Shown piece by piece: positions 23,058-34,397 of a stretch of 64,000 nt of DNA. Under the pieces are notes generated by a model. That model did not search any database. It was not told the DNA's origin and saw only the letters and a program-made list of their open reading frames with translations. Numbering within the stretch: the stretch's first letter is position 1; every line of letters starts with the position of its first letter. Source of the stretch: Alphaproteobacteria bacterium (GTDB lineage Bacteria > Pseudomonadota > Alphaproteobacteria > G965222575). The stretch is from NCBI GenBank assembly GCA_965222575.1, contig OZ244958.1, positions 1-64,000 on the forward strand, written 5' to 3'. Both the position numbers and the translations under genes were made by a program.

Positions 23058-25058
23058 ATGAATAACCTTTCTCTTTCCTCCTCCCTAGCCTCTCATCCCA
23101 ATGCTCTTGTAACACTTGGCAAAGACAACACCTTAAGAGTCTCCTCCTCTTTGAAAGATCGGGTCGTTTCATGGGTAAAAAATACCTTCTCTTCCCGTAG
23201 TACTCTTATGGCTAAGAATCAAAAAATTTGCCAAGCTGTCACACAAGACCTCCTCAAAAGCGGCCAAAGAGAATGGTCTGTGAAGTCTTTTCTCAGCACG
23301 CAATCTGCCCTAGAAAGGTGCAAAAAACCTTTAAGAGCCCGAAACATTCAATACTTGATTGCAGAATTTCGCTCCTTAGACTCCTCAAAACCCAAAGGCG
23401 GGGGGCTTATCTCGCCAACCCCTGCTAATAAACCCAATATAAAACCTTCTGCTTTCTTAGAGTATCTTCTCCCCGATGCAAAGAGCCAAAAGGCTTTACA
23501 AACCCTCAGAGAACAAGGTCTTCCCTTCTACGGCTTAGGAGATATCAAAGAGTATTTACACTTGCCTGCTAACACTTCAAACGCAGAGCTCGCTTTGCAC
23601 TTACGCAACACTCTGAATACCTCCCAAGACAAAGCAGAAACAATATTGTCAGATTACCAAGACATATTGGAAGCCACAGCAGTAGATCTCGATCAAGCGG
23701 ATGACGATGCCTTGCAGAGCCTTAATCCGTCCATGGAATCAGTAGCTCTAGATAAAGCGGATGACGATGACTCGAGGAGCCTTAATCCGTCCATGAAATC
23801 ACTAAATCTAGATAAAGATAAAGCGGATGACTATGCCTTGCAGAGCCTTGATAGGTCCATGACAGCCCTTAAAAAACAAAACGTCCTCCAACAAGCTACT
23901 CATGATTTGTGTGCTGCTCTGTTAAGGAAACTTGAAACACAGCAGTTACAGAACGAAGGGGACATACCGGCAGACTTTTCCCATGAGCAACTGCAAGGTC
24001 TCACGAAAAAATTGCAGTCCCTAAAAGCAGAAAAAGCAGCGATAGAAGCGAAAAAATCACAAATGAATGGCCTTTTATCAAACGCTTACCAAAAGCAAGA
24101 AACCAATATGCTGAGTCTTATCAACCTGAAAAACAGCGGGATTGGAGAAGGAGAAGGGACAATAGCAACAATGCAACGGGAATTCTTACAAAACAAGCAG
24201 AAAGACTTAGACTCTCTTGGACAGACCATTCAAAGGTCTGAAGTCTTTCTCCAAAACCTTGAAAAAAAATTAGAGGAAAAAGGCGAGGCAATCCAAACAC
24301 TAGAATCTCAACTAGATGAACAGGAGCCCCCCTCCCTAAAGGAGAAAAAACAAGAGTTTATGGCCTTCAAAGAAACCCTACCCCAAGAAGCAAAAGACGC
24401 GCTAGAAACCTTAGAAGAAGCCTTTGGCACAAACTTTCGCACCAAAGACGACGTACACGGCGCTATGGGCTTGCCTACCTCCTCCTTCCTTAAACAACTC
24501 ACAAACTATACAAAACAGCTCGCACACACACAAAAGACTCTAGAAGACCTAGCCTATAAGGTCGCCTCTTTCAAAACAAAAAATGGCTACTTAAAAGATC
24601 ATTTCCAAAAAACGGTGCTTGCAACGCTAGCACAACATCACCGTTCCATAACAGAAGCCCTGGAAAGCACAAAATCAGAACACCTCAACGCCGAGAAACA
24701 ACAAAAAGCCATCCTAACATTAGAGAAGACATTGTTTGCTTTAGAGATACAACCAGAACTAAAAGCCTTAGTAGAAGAATATGACGATACAGAAAAGGCG
24801 CTGGATGAATTTGACAGAATGGCCGATGAAGCCCTCCGTATGGGGCCTACCATTGATGTAGAAGAAATGGTAATGGATAAGGCGCTGGAGGAATATAACA
24901 GAATGAACGAGGAATATAACAGAATGAAAGAGGAATCCCTCCGTATGGGGCCCATGGATAAGGCCCTGGAGGAATTTGAGAGAATGGCCGATGAAGCCCT
25001 CCGTATGGGGCCTATCATCGATGTACAAGAAATGGTAAAAGATATCCCCTCCGAATAA
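23058..25058 (+). CDS. hypothetical coiled-coil protein with internal repeats (possible secreted effector)
   Basis: 666-aa ORF with Ser-rich N-terminus, long heptad-like E/K/Q/L region and two repeat blocks; no family recognised. Confidence 0.8.
   Translation: MNNLSLSSSLASHPNALVTLGKDNTLRVSSSLKDRVVSWVKNTFSSRSTLMAKNQKICQAVTQDLLKSGQREWSVKSFLSTQSALERCKKPLRARNIQYLIAEFRSLDSSKPKGGGLISPTPANKPNIKPSAFLEYLLPDAKSQKALQTLREQGLPFYGLGDIKEYLHLPANTSNAELALHLRNTLNTSQDKAETILSDYQDILEATAVDLDQADDDALQSLNPSMESVALDKADDDDSRSLNPSMKSLNLDKDKADDYALQSLDRSMTALKKQNVLQQATHDLCAALLRKLETQQLQNEGDIPADFSHEQLQGLTKKLQSLKAEKAAIEAKKSQMNGLLSNAYQKQETNMLSLINLKNSGIGEGEGTIATMQREFLQNKQKDLDSLGQTIQRSEVFLQNLEKKLEEKGEAIQTLESQLDEQEPPSLKEKKQEFMAFKETLPQEAKDALETLEEAFGTNFRTKDDVHGAMGLPTSSFLKQLTNYTKQLAHTQKTLEDLAYKVASFKTKNGYLKDHFQKTVLATLAQHHRSITEALESTKSEHLNAEKQQKAILTLEKTLFALEIQPELKALVEEYDDTEKALDEFDRMADEALRMGPTIDVEEMVMDKALEEYNRMNEEYNRMKEESLRMGPMDKALEEFERMADEALRMGPIIDVQEMVKDIPSE
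23681..23861 (+). repeat. three ~60-bp in-frame tandem repeats (LDxADDDALQSLNPSM)
   Basis: Units start at 23681, 23741 and 23801. Confidence 0.9.
24793..25035 (+). repeat. in-frame imperfect repeats (KALEEFERMADEALRMGP)
   Basis: Three CCCTCCGTATGGGG-containing units plus a duplicated GAGGAATATAACAGAATG. Confidence 0.9.
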
Positions 25059-25297
25059 CCCCAGCTCTTTACTAGCGCCCACTCCTTCACGATGGTCTTG
25101 TCATCAACGGGTAGGCAATACCAAGCTTTTAGGACGTGATAGCCTTGAGAATCAGGAATGCCTTGTCAACAAGAGGATTTTCCTGTATTATAATTTCTAC
25201 AGGAACAAAACAACAAGGAGCGATCCCCCGTCATACAATCAAAATGGTTGTCTATATAGTTGTTGTCAATGACTGTCTGTTGGTCTAACCATATGGT

Positions 25298-26611
25298 TTG
25301 TCTTTGATGATTCTTTTTATAGTAGCAAGTCTGCTTTTTTTGACTTTATCGGCCTTTTTTTCTGGTTCTGAAACAGCTCTCATAGCCTCTTCCAGGGCGC
25401 GCATGCACACATTAGCTAAGGCTAACAACAAGCGTGCAAAGATTGTCACGGCGTTAACGAAGAACAATGAGCGTCTTATGGGCGGGATTTTATTTGGCAA
25501 TAATCTCGCCAATGTTGCGGTTTCCTCCACTGCCACCTATTTTTTACTGAACGCTCTTGAACCGCTAGGGTTATCACGACAAAGCATTCTCTTCGGGGCG
25601 ACTCTTTTTATCACATTGATTATTTTCATGTTTGCGGAAGTTTTACCTAAAAGTCTGGCCTTGCGCCAAAGGGAAGCAGTGGCTTTACTTGTAGCCCCTA
25701 TTCTCCGGTTTTTTCTGATACTTTTCTCTCCTATCAGCCAAACGCTTCATAATGTCATTAGCGGCATTCTCAACCTTCTGAAAATCCCAATGTCAACGCA
25801 TACAAAAACCGCCACAGGAGAAGAACTGAAAGGCAATCTACAGCTATATGCCTTACAAGGGACTCTCTCAAAAACAGACAAAAACATGATTGACGCTATA
25901 TTAGACCTAGACGACATCAAGGCTGAAGACATTATGGTACACCGCACGAATATACAATCATTGGAACTGTGCACGCCTTGGGACGAGGTTCTGATTTTTC
26001 TCAAGGAGCAGCCTTTTAGTCGATTTCCAGTAGTAGACGGAGAGATTGATAATGTAGTGGGTGTTGTTCTAGCACGGGATATTCTTCAAGTAGGGACTTA
26101 CAATGGTCTATCTGTGCCCCATCGAGTTCCTCAGAAAAAGACTTCGTCGTCCCTTAAGGCTCTGATGAAAGAGCCATGGTTTATTTCTGAGCATACGACC
26201 TCGCGTGAGGTTTTAAGGGGGTTTCGCAAGAAGCGTTCTCATTTAGCTCTTGTGGTAGATGAGTATGGTTCGTTACAAGGTCTTGTGACATTAGAAGACA
26301 TTTTAGAGGAAATCATAGGGGACATTGAGGATGAGTATGACATCCCGGAAGTGAAGACTCGTTCGTTTCCAGATGGCAGCCACATTATACATGGGGATAC
26401 TTCAGTGCGGGACATTAACCGGCAATTTGATTGGGAGTTACCGGAAGATAATGCCCCGACGATTGCGGGACTTTTACTGAACGCTTTTCAGAAGATGCCA
26501 TCTTCTGGGGATAGTATGATGTTGGAAGGGTTAAAATTTGAGGTATTAAGGGTTCAAGATCAGAGGCTTCACACGATACTAGTGCACCCGTTGGAGAGAA
26601 AAAGATCTTGA
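25298..26611 (+). CDS. HlyC/CorC (CNNM-CBS-CorC) family transporter
   Basis: SAFFSGSETAL, GNNLAN, FAEVLPK, SRFPV, VVDEYG, VTLEDILEEIIG. Confidence 0.95.
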   Translation: MSLMILFIVASLLFLTLSAFFSGSETALIASSRARMHTLAKANNKRAKIVTALTKNNERLMGGILFGNNLANVAVSSTATYFLLNALEPLGLSRQSILFGATLFITLIIFMFAEVLPKSLALRQREAVALLVAPILRFFLILFSPISQTLHNVISGILNLLKIPMSTHTKTATGEELKGNLQLYALQGTLSKTDKNMIDAILDLDDIKAEDIMVHRTNIQSLELCTPWDEVLIFLKEQPFSRFPVVDGEIDNVVGVVLARDILQVGTYNGLSVPHRVPQKKTSSSLKALMKEPWFISEHTTSREVLRGFRKKRSHLALVVDEYGSLQGLVTLEDILEEIIGDIEDEYDIPEVKTRSFPDGSHIIHGDTSVRDINRQFDWELPEDNAPTIAGLLLNAFQKMPSSGDSMMLEGLKFEVLRVQDQRLHTILVHPLERKRS

Positions 26612-26654
26612 GGTTTATGGACAAGGGGCAGAGAATTTTTTACCTTGTATAAAA

Positions 26655-26727
<73 letters not shown>

Positions 26728-26761
26728 CCTCTTTTTTTTTTGGATATTGTCAAAGGCAGGG

Positions 26762-28954
<2,193 letters not shown>

Positions 28955-29134
28955 TCCCCCATTCTAACTCATTCAATTTCCTGCAACAATACCTGTAAAC
29001 CCGCTAACCACTCAATATCCTAAGACTCTTTCCCCTCCCTAAAACCCCTCACTAGCTAAAAATCCACAAAAATCAACCCCCTCATAAATGCGCTATCCCC
29101 CCCTCCTCCACATGAGAACAAACAATTAGCGACC
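28955..29134 (-). promoter_or_regulatory. CRISPR leader
   Basis: 180-bp non-coding stretch between the cas2 stop and the first repeat. Confidence 0.75.
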
Positions 29135-29428
29135 CTATAATACCAACGGATCCCTTAATATATCACGACCAGGTTTTGCCCCATAATGCTCTACTCTTCT
29201 TTGCCAATTTGACCCAAGATAATAAAACCTCAAACTATCTTTTCCAGAATCATGAATATCTAATAACTTCCCTTTCAATTCTACCCATTGAAAAGGGCTA
29301 ATCTCACACTCAAATACCGAATTCTGAACCCGCATCCCGTAATCAAGACAGGTCTTACTGATATCTCTTAATCTCTTCCTCCCACCAGAGCTTTCCACAT
29401 TAACATCATAGGTAATCAATAACATCAT
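29135..29428 (-). CDS. cas2: CRISPR-associated endonuclease Cas2
   Basis: LITYDV, GMRVQNSVFEC, DSLRFYYLG. Confidence 0.97.
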   Translation of the reverse strand: MMLLITYDVNVESSGGRKRLRDISKTCLDYGMRVQNSVFECEISPFQWVELKGKLLDIHDSGKDSLRFYYLGSNWQRRVEHYGAKPGRDILRDPLVL

Positions 29429-30435
29429 TTTGCTGTAAATGGCGGATAAATTTCTATATCTTCCCTGAAATAACGCGCTAATAATCGCGCTTGAATGTGC
29501 GGAATCAACCCTATCGGTATCTTCTTACCAAGATAGCCGTGTGTTATCACTTTTTGTTTGCGCTTCTGCCACTCTGTCAGAAATCGTTTCTTAGCTTTAT
29601 CTCTCATACGAACCGCTCCACTGCCCTCCAATACAAAATCATCCAATTGCATCTGCTTCCGATTCATGAGAGTCAATACAAACCGATCACACCACCAACT
29701 CCGCATCTCTTCCAGTATATCAAGTGCTAAACTTACTCGACCAGGACGATCCCTATGTAAACAACCAACGTAAGGGTCTAAACCTACTCCTTGCAAAGAA
29801 GAGGCTACCTCATAGGTTAACAAGGTATAGGCAAAAGAAAGCATCGCATTCACAGGATCCCTAGGGGGATATTTTACACGCCCTTTGAATTCAAAACCTT
29901 CAACAATAATCAATTGATCAAACACTGAAAAATAGCACGCCGCAGCTTCCCCTTCAAGCCCCCTTATTTTTTCTAAATTCTCCGTATGCTCCAACCGTCT
30001 TAGGGAAATACTCAAACTTCCAATGACTTGTGCTATCCCTTCCGACTGACCATGATTGCGTTGATGACGCAATAGTGTTTGACGCGCATTCATAATCTTT
30101 GATGCTATCACTAAACGCGCTAGTATATGGGGTGATTTATCGGCAGCACGATATTGTGAACGCCTCAATAACACATTCCCTCTTTCACGACCTTGGAGGC
30201 GCGCTTGAAATTTCCCATATTCTGTAAAAAAGGAAAGACCAACACCTCTTTCTCCGCACATCCCCATTAACGCCGGAGACACCATGATATGACCAAAACA
30301 GATAATATGCTCAATAGCATGTAACGGTAATTGATGCGCTTTTTTTCCCTCAATGTCAATGACCAATGTCTCGCGCTCCTTGTGTAGGTAACTCCCCTCC
30401 GTCGTGATATATAGGCTATTGAGAAAGGTCTTCAT
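29425..30435 (-). CDS. cas1: CRISPR-associated endonuclease Cas1 (I-C)
   Basis: RGLEGEAA..YF, PPRDPVNAMLSF.Y, GLDPYVG.LH, SLALDILEE; start MKTFLN at 30435. Confidence 0.97.
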   Translation of the reverse strand: MKTFLNSLYITTEGSYLHKERETLVIDIEGKKAHQLPLHAIEHIICFGHIMVSPALMGMCGERGVGLSFFTEYGKFQARLQGRERGNVLLRRSQYRAADKSPHILARLVIASKIMNARQTLLRHQRNHGQSEGIAQVIGSLSISLRRLEHTENLEKIRGLEGEAAACYFSVFDQLIIVEGFEFKGRVKYPPRDPVNAMLSFAYTLLTYEVASSLQGVGLDPYVGCLHRDRPGRVSLALDILEEMRSWWCDRFVLTLMNRKQMQLDDFVLEGSGAVRMRDKAKKRFLTEWQKRKQKVITHGYLGKKIPIGLIPHIQARLLARYFREDIEIYPPFTAK

Positions 30436-31042
30436 CTTGAAAAAGCTTTGCTGTATACGCCACACTACAGTCTCTTGCCCTAGGAGAACAGTAATCAAAA
30501 AAAGAACACGCCTTACAAGACGTTTTGTACACCGCTTTAGGAAGTCTCCCAGAATGTAGCAACTCCCTTGTTGCTTCAATCGTTTTTATTGTGAATGAAC
30601 GTAGTTGATCATCCAACTCGATTTTTTCTCTTTTTCTCACTTGCCAATACCAAATAAAAGCTCTAGGAATATGGGTACCTCTCATTTCTTCAAGACACAA
30701 TGCCTGGGCACATAGCTGAACGCGGTCACTATCATTTGCCTTAGGCTTACCCCGTTTATACTCAATAGGGATAACAGTAGACAAGGCGATATCTATTTCC
30801 AGAAGATCGAGAACACCTGCTATCCTTAGCTTTTCCGAAAACACGCGGACACCACGCTCTGTCCGTAGCTTCCCACGAGATTCTGCCTCTTGGCTATGAA
30901 CACGTTCATGCAACAGCTTGCCTTCAGCACTCAACGCATTATCGAACCAAAGCTGCTCACTATGTATGTACGCACACTGCCGTGGACAAAAGACATAGTG
31001 TTGAAGCGCAGAAATTGGTATCGGCTCATACACAAAACGCAA
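30416..31042 (-). CDS. cas4: CRISPR-associated exonuclease Cas4
   Basis: ISALQHYVFCPRQ, PIEYKRG, QLCAQALCLEE, C-terminal CxxCS....C. Confidence 0.97.
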   Translation of the reverse strand: MRFVYEPIPISALQHYVFCPRQCAYIHSEQLWFDNALSAEGKLLHERVHSQEAESRGKLRTERGVRVFSEKLRIAGVLDLLEIDIALSTVIPIEYKRGKPKANDSDRVQLCAQALCLEEMRGTHIPRAFIWYWQVRKREKIELDDQLRSFTIKTIEATRELLHSGRLPKAVYKTSCKACSFFDYCSPRARDCSVAYTAKLFQDEDLSQ

Positions 31043-31066
31043 CCCCTAGAAGAAAACCTCCATACA

Positions 31067-31945
31067 CTATCCTATACGCTTATCAAGCTCAACACCTTCT
31101 GGCATCTCTTCCTCTGCGGTAACTTTATAGTCACTAAAATCACGACAGACATCACCGACCGCTTTCTTTATTTCTACCTTCTGAAAGAGATCATAAGCTG
31201 CCGCACGCCCTAGTTTGGAATCATGCTTGAAGACATAAAGACCACGGGGAGTCATCAAGCCCCGCGCTGCCGAGCGATCATGTTCAAACATGTTCTTCAA
31301 TGCCTCAAAAAACAACTCTAAATCTTCTGCGCTAAAGCCAGTTTTCTCAGCAAGATGGGCTGATATAAATCCATAACATTGATACAACCCATAAGGAACT
31401 GTCGATTTACGACCCATGGTTTGCCCTTTTTCTTTATCACTTTCTTTTGTTGCGGCCATTCTTGTAATGGTATGATCATGGTACACAATTGGATCAATGG
31501 AACGAGAAAATGTCAGCTGAATCGGACCTCGCACCACACCACAATTTACCTCTGTACTCATGACCGCTCCAAATGTGCGAATATCATAATACGTGTCACA
31601 CATCCATTTCGTCAGAGCTTTTGCTTTATCCTCCCCTTTTGGAAGTTTTTTGTGCTTGCTATTCTTATCTTCTTGGATTCCGTTTGCTTCACGGGCCTCT
31701 AAATGCAAATCATTGAGTACCTTTCCTTCTCTGGACTTGATGTAAATATCGTATCCTTCCCCCTTATTTTTTATATCGACATAGTTGCGCACTTTTCTTT
31801 TTAAGCACACATCAGTTACAAGACCATGCCCCGTTTCTGGGTCAAATCGGGGGAGATTCCCCGCATCCGGGTCCCCATTAGGATTGCCATCTTTCACATC
31901 AAATAGATAGACAAAATCATAGCGATTCTCAAGTGGGTTATTCAT
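31067..31945 (-). CDS. cas7: Cas7 (Csd2), type I-C
   Basis: NPNGDPDAGNLPR, TDVCLKRKVRNY, DIRTFGAV, TMGRK, DRSAARG. Confidence 0.97.
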   Translation of the reverse strand: MNNPLENRYDFVYLFDVKDGNPNGDPDAGNLPRFDPETGHGLVTDVCLKRKVRNYVDIKNKGEGYDIYIKSREGKVLNDLHLEAREANGIQEDKNSKHKKLPKGEDKAKALTKWMCDTYYDIRTFGAVMSTEVNCGVVRGPIQLTFSRSIDPIVYHDHTITRMAATKESDKEKGQTMGRKSTVPYGLYQCYGFISAHLAEKTGFSAEDLELFFEALKNMFEHDRSAARGLMTPRGLYVFKHDSKLGRAAAYDLFQKVEIKKAVGDVCRDFSDYKVTAEEEMPEGVELDKRIG

Positions 31946-31947
31946 AG

Positions 31948-32337
31948 TTATTCTCCTTCGTTATTAAGTTTTTCTTCATTAGACTTCTTAGTGTAAAGGT
32001 CCTGTAATTGGTGGTAATAGCCAATCATAAAGCGCCCCTGATTCTCTAGGGATAGGGTCTTAGGAATGCACTCTTTTCCTCCAATTTTATAAAAAATTTC
32101 ACACAAAAGCTTCTCATAATGGATTTTGAAACCCGTTTCTAACTTTCCTAAATGGTACTTTGCGAGTTTATCTAATACAGGAAAAACAGTCGCTGGATGA
32201 GAAGAGGCCTTAGAGTAATATCGATCTGTGATAGTACTTCCAATGCCAGGATTGGCGTCCTTTTGGATTTTTTCCAGCACGGCAAAAGCACGCCCAAGAC
32301 AATATGCTGTATTATTGTTTTCTTTGTCTAAACTCAT
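31948..32337 (-). CDS. cas11: Cas11 small subunit from an internal in-frame start within cas8c (129 aa)
   Basis: ATG at 32337 (MSLDKENNNTAYCLGRAFAVLE) preceded by GAGGA 7 nt upstream; internal Cas11 translation is established for type I-C. Confidence 0.75.
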   Translation of the reverse strand: MSLDKENNNTAYCLGRAFAVLEKIQKDANPGIGSTITDRYYSKASSHPATVFPVLDKLAKYHLGKLETGFKIHYEKLLCEIFYKIGGKECIPKTLSLENQGRFMIGYYHQLQDLYTKKSNEEKLNNEGE

Positions 32338-33702
32338 TTTTAAGTCCTCATTTTTGTTACGATTAAGCCAAGCCTTGATAAGGGAGGCACGCGTGTGGTT
32401 AACATTTGCCTCCGGGTTTTTACAGCGGGCAACTGCCGCACTTAACACTGTATAAGGATAGGGAGTGCCAGTAAGAATACTCCGCATCATCTCTCCTCCC
32501 ATCTTCGGAGGAATATTTTTCCAGTCTTCCTGTACAGCAATACTTTTCAGAAGGAGATTTAGCGGTTTATATTCGTTCGCATACGGAGGAACTACAATCT
32601 TTAATTCTTCAAAGTATTGTTGATATTTCTTACTGAGGTCTTCCACTGTCCCTGTAAACCAAAAGCGAATGGAAATACGGGCTGCATTTGGTGATAACCC
32701 TAGAAGATGGTAGCTATTTTTTCCTTCATCTCTACTAAATTTTCCACTGTTTATTGATTCTAAAAGAGCTTTAACTACCTCCGTATACTTATCAGGGGGG
32801 GTATCCTCTTTCTGACTTCTTTCTTTTTCTTCTTTTACGTCTTTTACGCCAAATAATGCTGTTGCAAACTTTTCAGCGTCATCATCTGCTTCTTTCAACC
32901 AGAACACTGTGGTCGTATCACCAACCTTATATTTAAGATCGCTCCCTTTCCGAAGCAAGTCGCTAAGAGCAGAAACATAGGAAAGGGTAGCCTCCCGACT
33001 AACGGGAGCATTGCGTCCCTGTTCCTGACCATAGGAGCAAAAAACATCCTCATTGAAAGAGACAATATTTGCCCCCGAGGTGTTTGCTCCACTCACATTC
33101 TTGATGGACTTATGCAATCTTGTAGGGTCACACGACTCTCCCGTTAGCAAACAGATCATCTGTGCTCCGTCAGAATTATCCTCCGCCGAGACAAAGTCGA
33201 AGACAAAGTCTTTGATCCCCTCTTCGAGGGGCTCTTTGAATATGATATCAGATATTAACTCCCCGCCTATTCTGAAAGTAACATTGCCAGCCTTCTCATA
33301 TTCTTCCTTAAAAGAGGGGGCATTTTTAACCGCTTCTAGAGGACTGTTCTTTAAGAATCTCAGTACAATATCAAGGCATTCCTTCCTTTTCTCATTTTCA
33401 ATACATGCAGCAAACTCTTTTTGTTTTTCTATAAAGGCTTTGTGCTTTTCGTCCACATTCTTTTTATCATCATTGACACCCAACACATATGTAGGGTTAT
33501 CGCAAAGCAAATTCGGCAATATGTTATTGCTTTTCTTCACTCTTAGTGGCACAGTGTATTCATTCTCTTTATCGTAAGTAAGATTAACGATTTCTGCCTG
33601 TTCATTGAGTACGACTTCTAGGACATTCTTTTGCTCCACAAGATGGAGTGGAAGAAGATTTCGTTTGCGTTGATAGTATGTGTGTAAAGCCTGTAAAATC
33701 AT
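31948..33702 (-). CDS. cas8c: Cas8c (Csd1) large subunit
   Basis: MILQALHTYYQR, GANIVSFN, LGLSPNAARISIRFW, QGRFMIGYYHQ. Confidence 0.95.
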   Translation of the reverse strand: MILQALHTYYQRKRNLLPLHLVEQKNVLEVVLNEQAEIVNLTYDKENEYTVPLRVKKSNNILPNLLCDNPTYVLGVNDDKKNVDEKHKAFIEKQKEFAACIENEKRKECLDIVLRFLKNSPLEAVKNAPSFKEEYEKAGNVTFRIGGELISDIIFKEPLEEGIKDFVFDFVSAEDNSDGAQMICLLTGESCDPTRLHKSIKNVSGANTSGANIVSFNEDVFCSYGQEQGRNAPVSREATLSYVSALSDLLRKGSDLKYKVGDTTTVFWLKEADDDAEKFATALFGVKDVKEEKERSQKEDTPPDKYTEVVKALLESINSGKFSRDEGKNSYHLLGLSPNAARISIRFWFTGTVEDLSKKYQQYFEELKIVVPPYANEYKPLNLLLKSIAVQEDWKNIPPKMGGEMMRSILTGTPYPYTVLSAAVARCKNPEANVNHTRASLIKAWLNRNKNEDLKMSLDKENNNTAYCLGRAFAVLEKIQKDANPGIGSTITDRYYSKASSHPATVFPVLDKLAKYHLGKLETGFKIHYEKLLCEIFYKIGGKECIPKTLSLENQGRFMIGYYHQLQDLYTKKSNEEKLNNEGE

Positions 33703-33703
33703 G

Positions 33704-34381
33704 TTATTTCCATACTCTTTCCCATGGCGTACTTTCAGAAGAAGGACGTATCTCTTGACTATGCCACTGGGGGAGTTTTATTGTCCCGTTTTCCATTTTT
33801 GCATGAAAAAATCTTGGATCGGCCTTATTGGGATTCTTGGGGTCAGGAAAATCCATGTCATAGAGCATCCATCCTAAATCCCGTGTTTCCTCTATGGTCT
33901 TTTCGGGTGCTGATTCTTCCATGAGACGGAAGGAACAGGAAAACTCTCGCGTCCCTAAATAGGGCTGATTAAAACATTGACCCTTGCGCGCACGGCGCGT
34001 GAACATCTCTACAGACTTACGATAGTTCTCCCCAGAACACTCTTGAGAGGCTTTGAGACACCCATGGAGTCTATAGGCAACATCACGTAAAAAGAGCCCT
34101 GCACGTTGCTGGCGGTTGTCCTCAATGTATTTGGGAGAAGATTGTTTAGATACCCTGATGCCCTTAAGCTCATTTCGTCTCAGATTCATCCACTTGATGG
34201 GTTTTAACACCTCAATGCGCGTGATTTGCCAAAAAATCCCCGGCTTCCAGAAAATCGCATCAAAAATAGCACGGGCCGCCGACGGCGTTATCACATCGTA
34301 AGATACCCGCTCAACCTTCATCTCCGGGCGCGTAAAACAGGCAAAATCCCCTTCTACATGCAAACAAAATTCCTTGCTCAT
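33704..34381 (-). CDS. cas5: Cas5 (Cas5d/Cas5c)
   Basis: ACFTRPEMKVERVSYDVITPSAAR, GQCFNQPYLGTREF, DLGWMLYD. Confidence 0.97.
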   Translation of the reverse strand: MSKEFCLHVEGDFACFTRPEMKVERVSYDVITPSAARAIFDAIFWKPGIFWQITRIEVLKPIKWMNLRRNELKGIRVSKQSSPKYIEDNRQQRAGLFLRDVAYRLHGCLKASQECSGENYRKSVEMFTRRARKGQCFNQPYLGTREFSCSFRLMEESAPEKTIEETRDLGWMLYDMDFPDPKNPNKADPRFFHAKMENGTIKLPQWHSQEIRPSSESTPWERVWK

Positions 34382-34397
34382 CCTTTCCTATCTTCTC

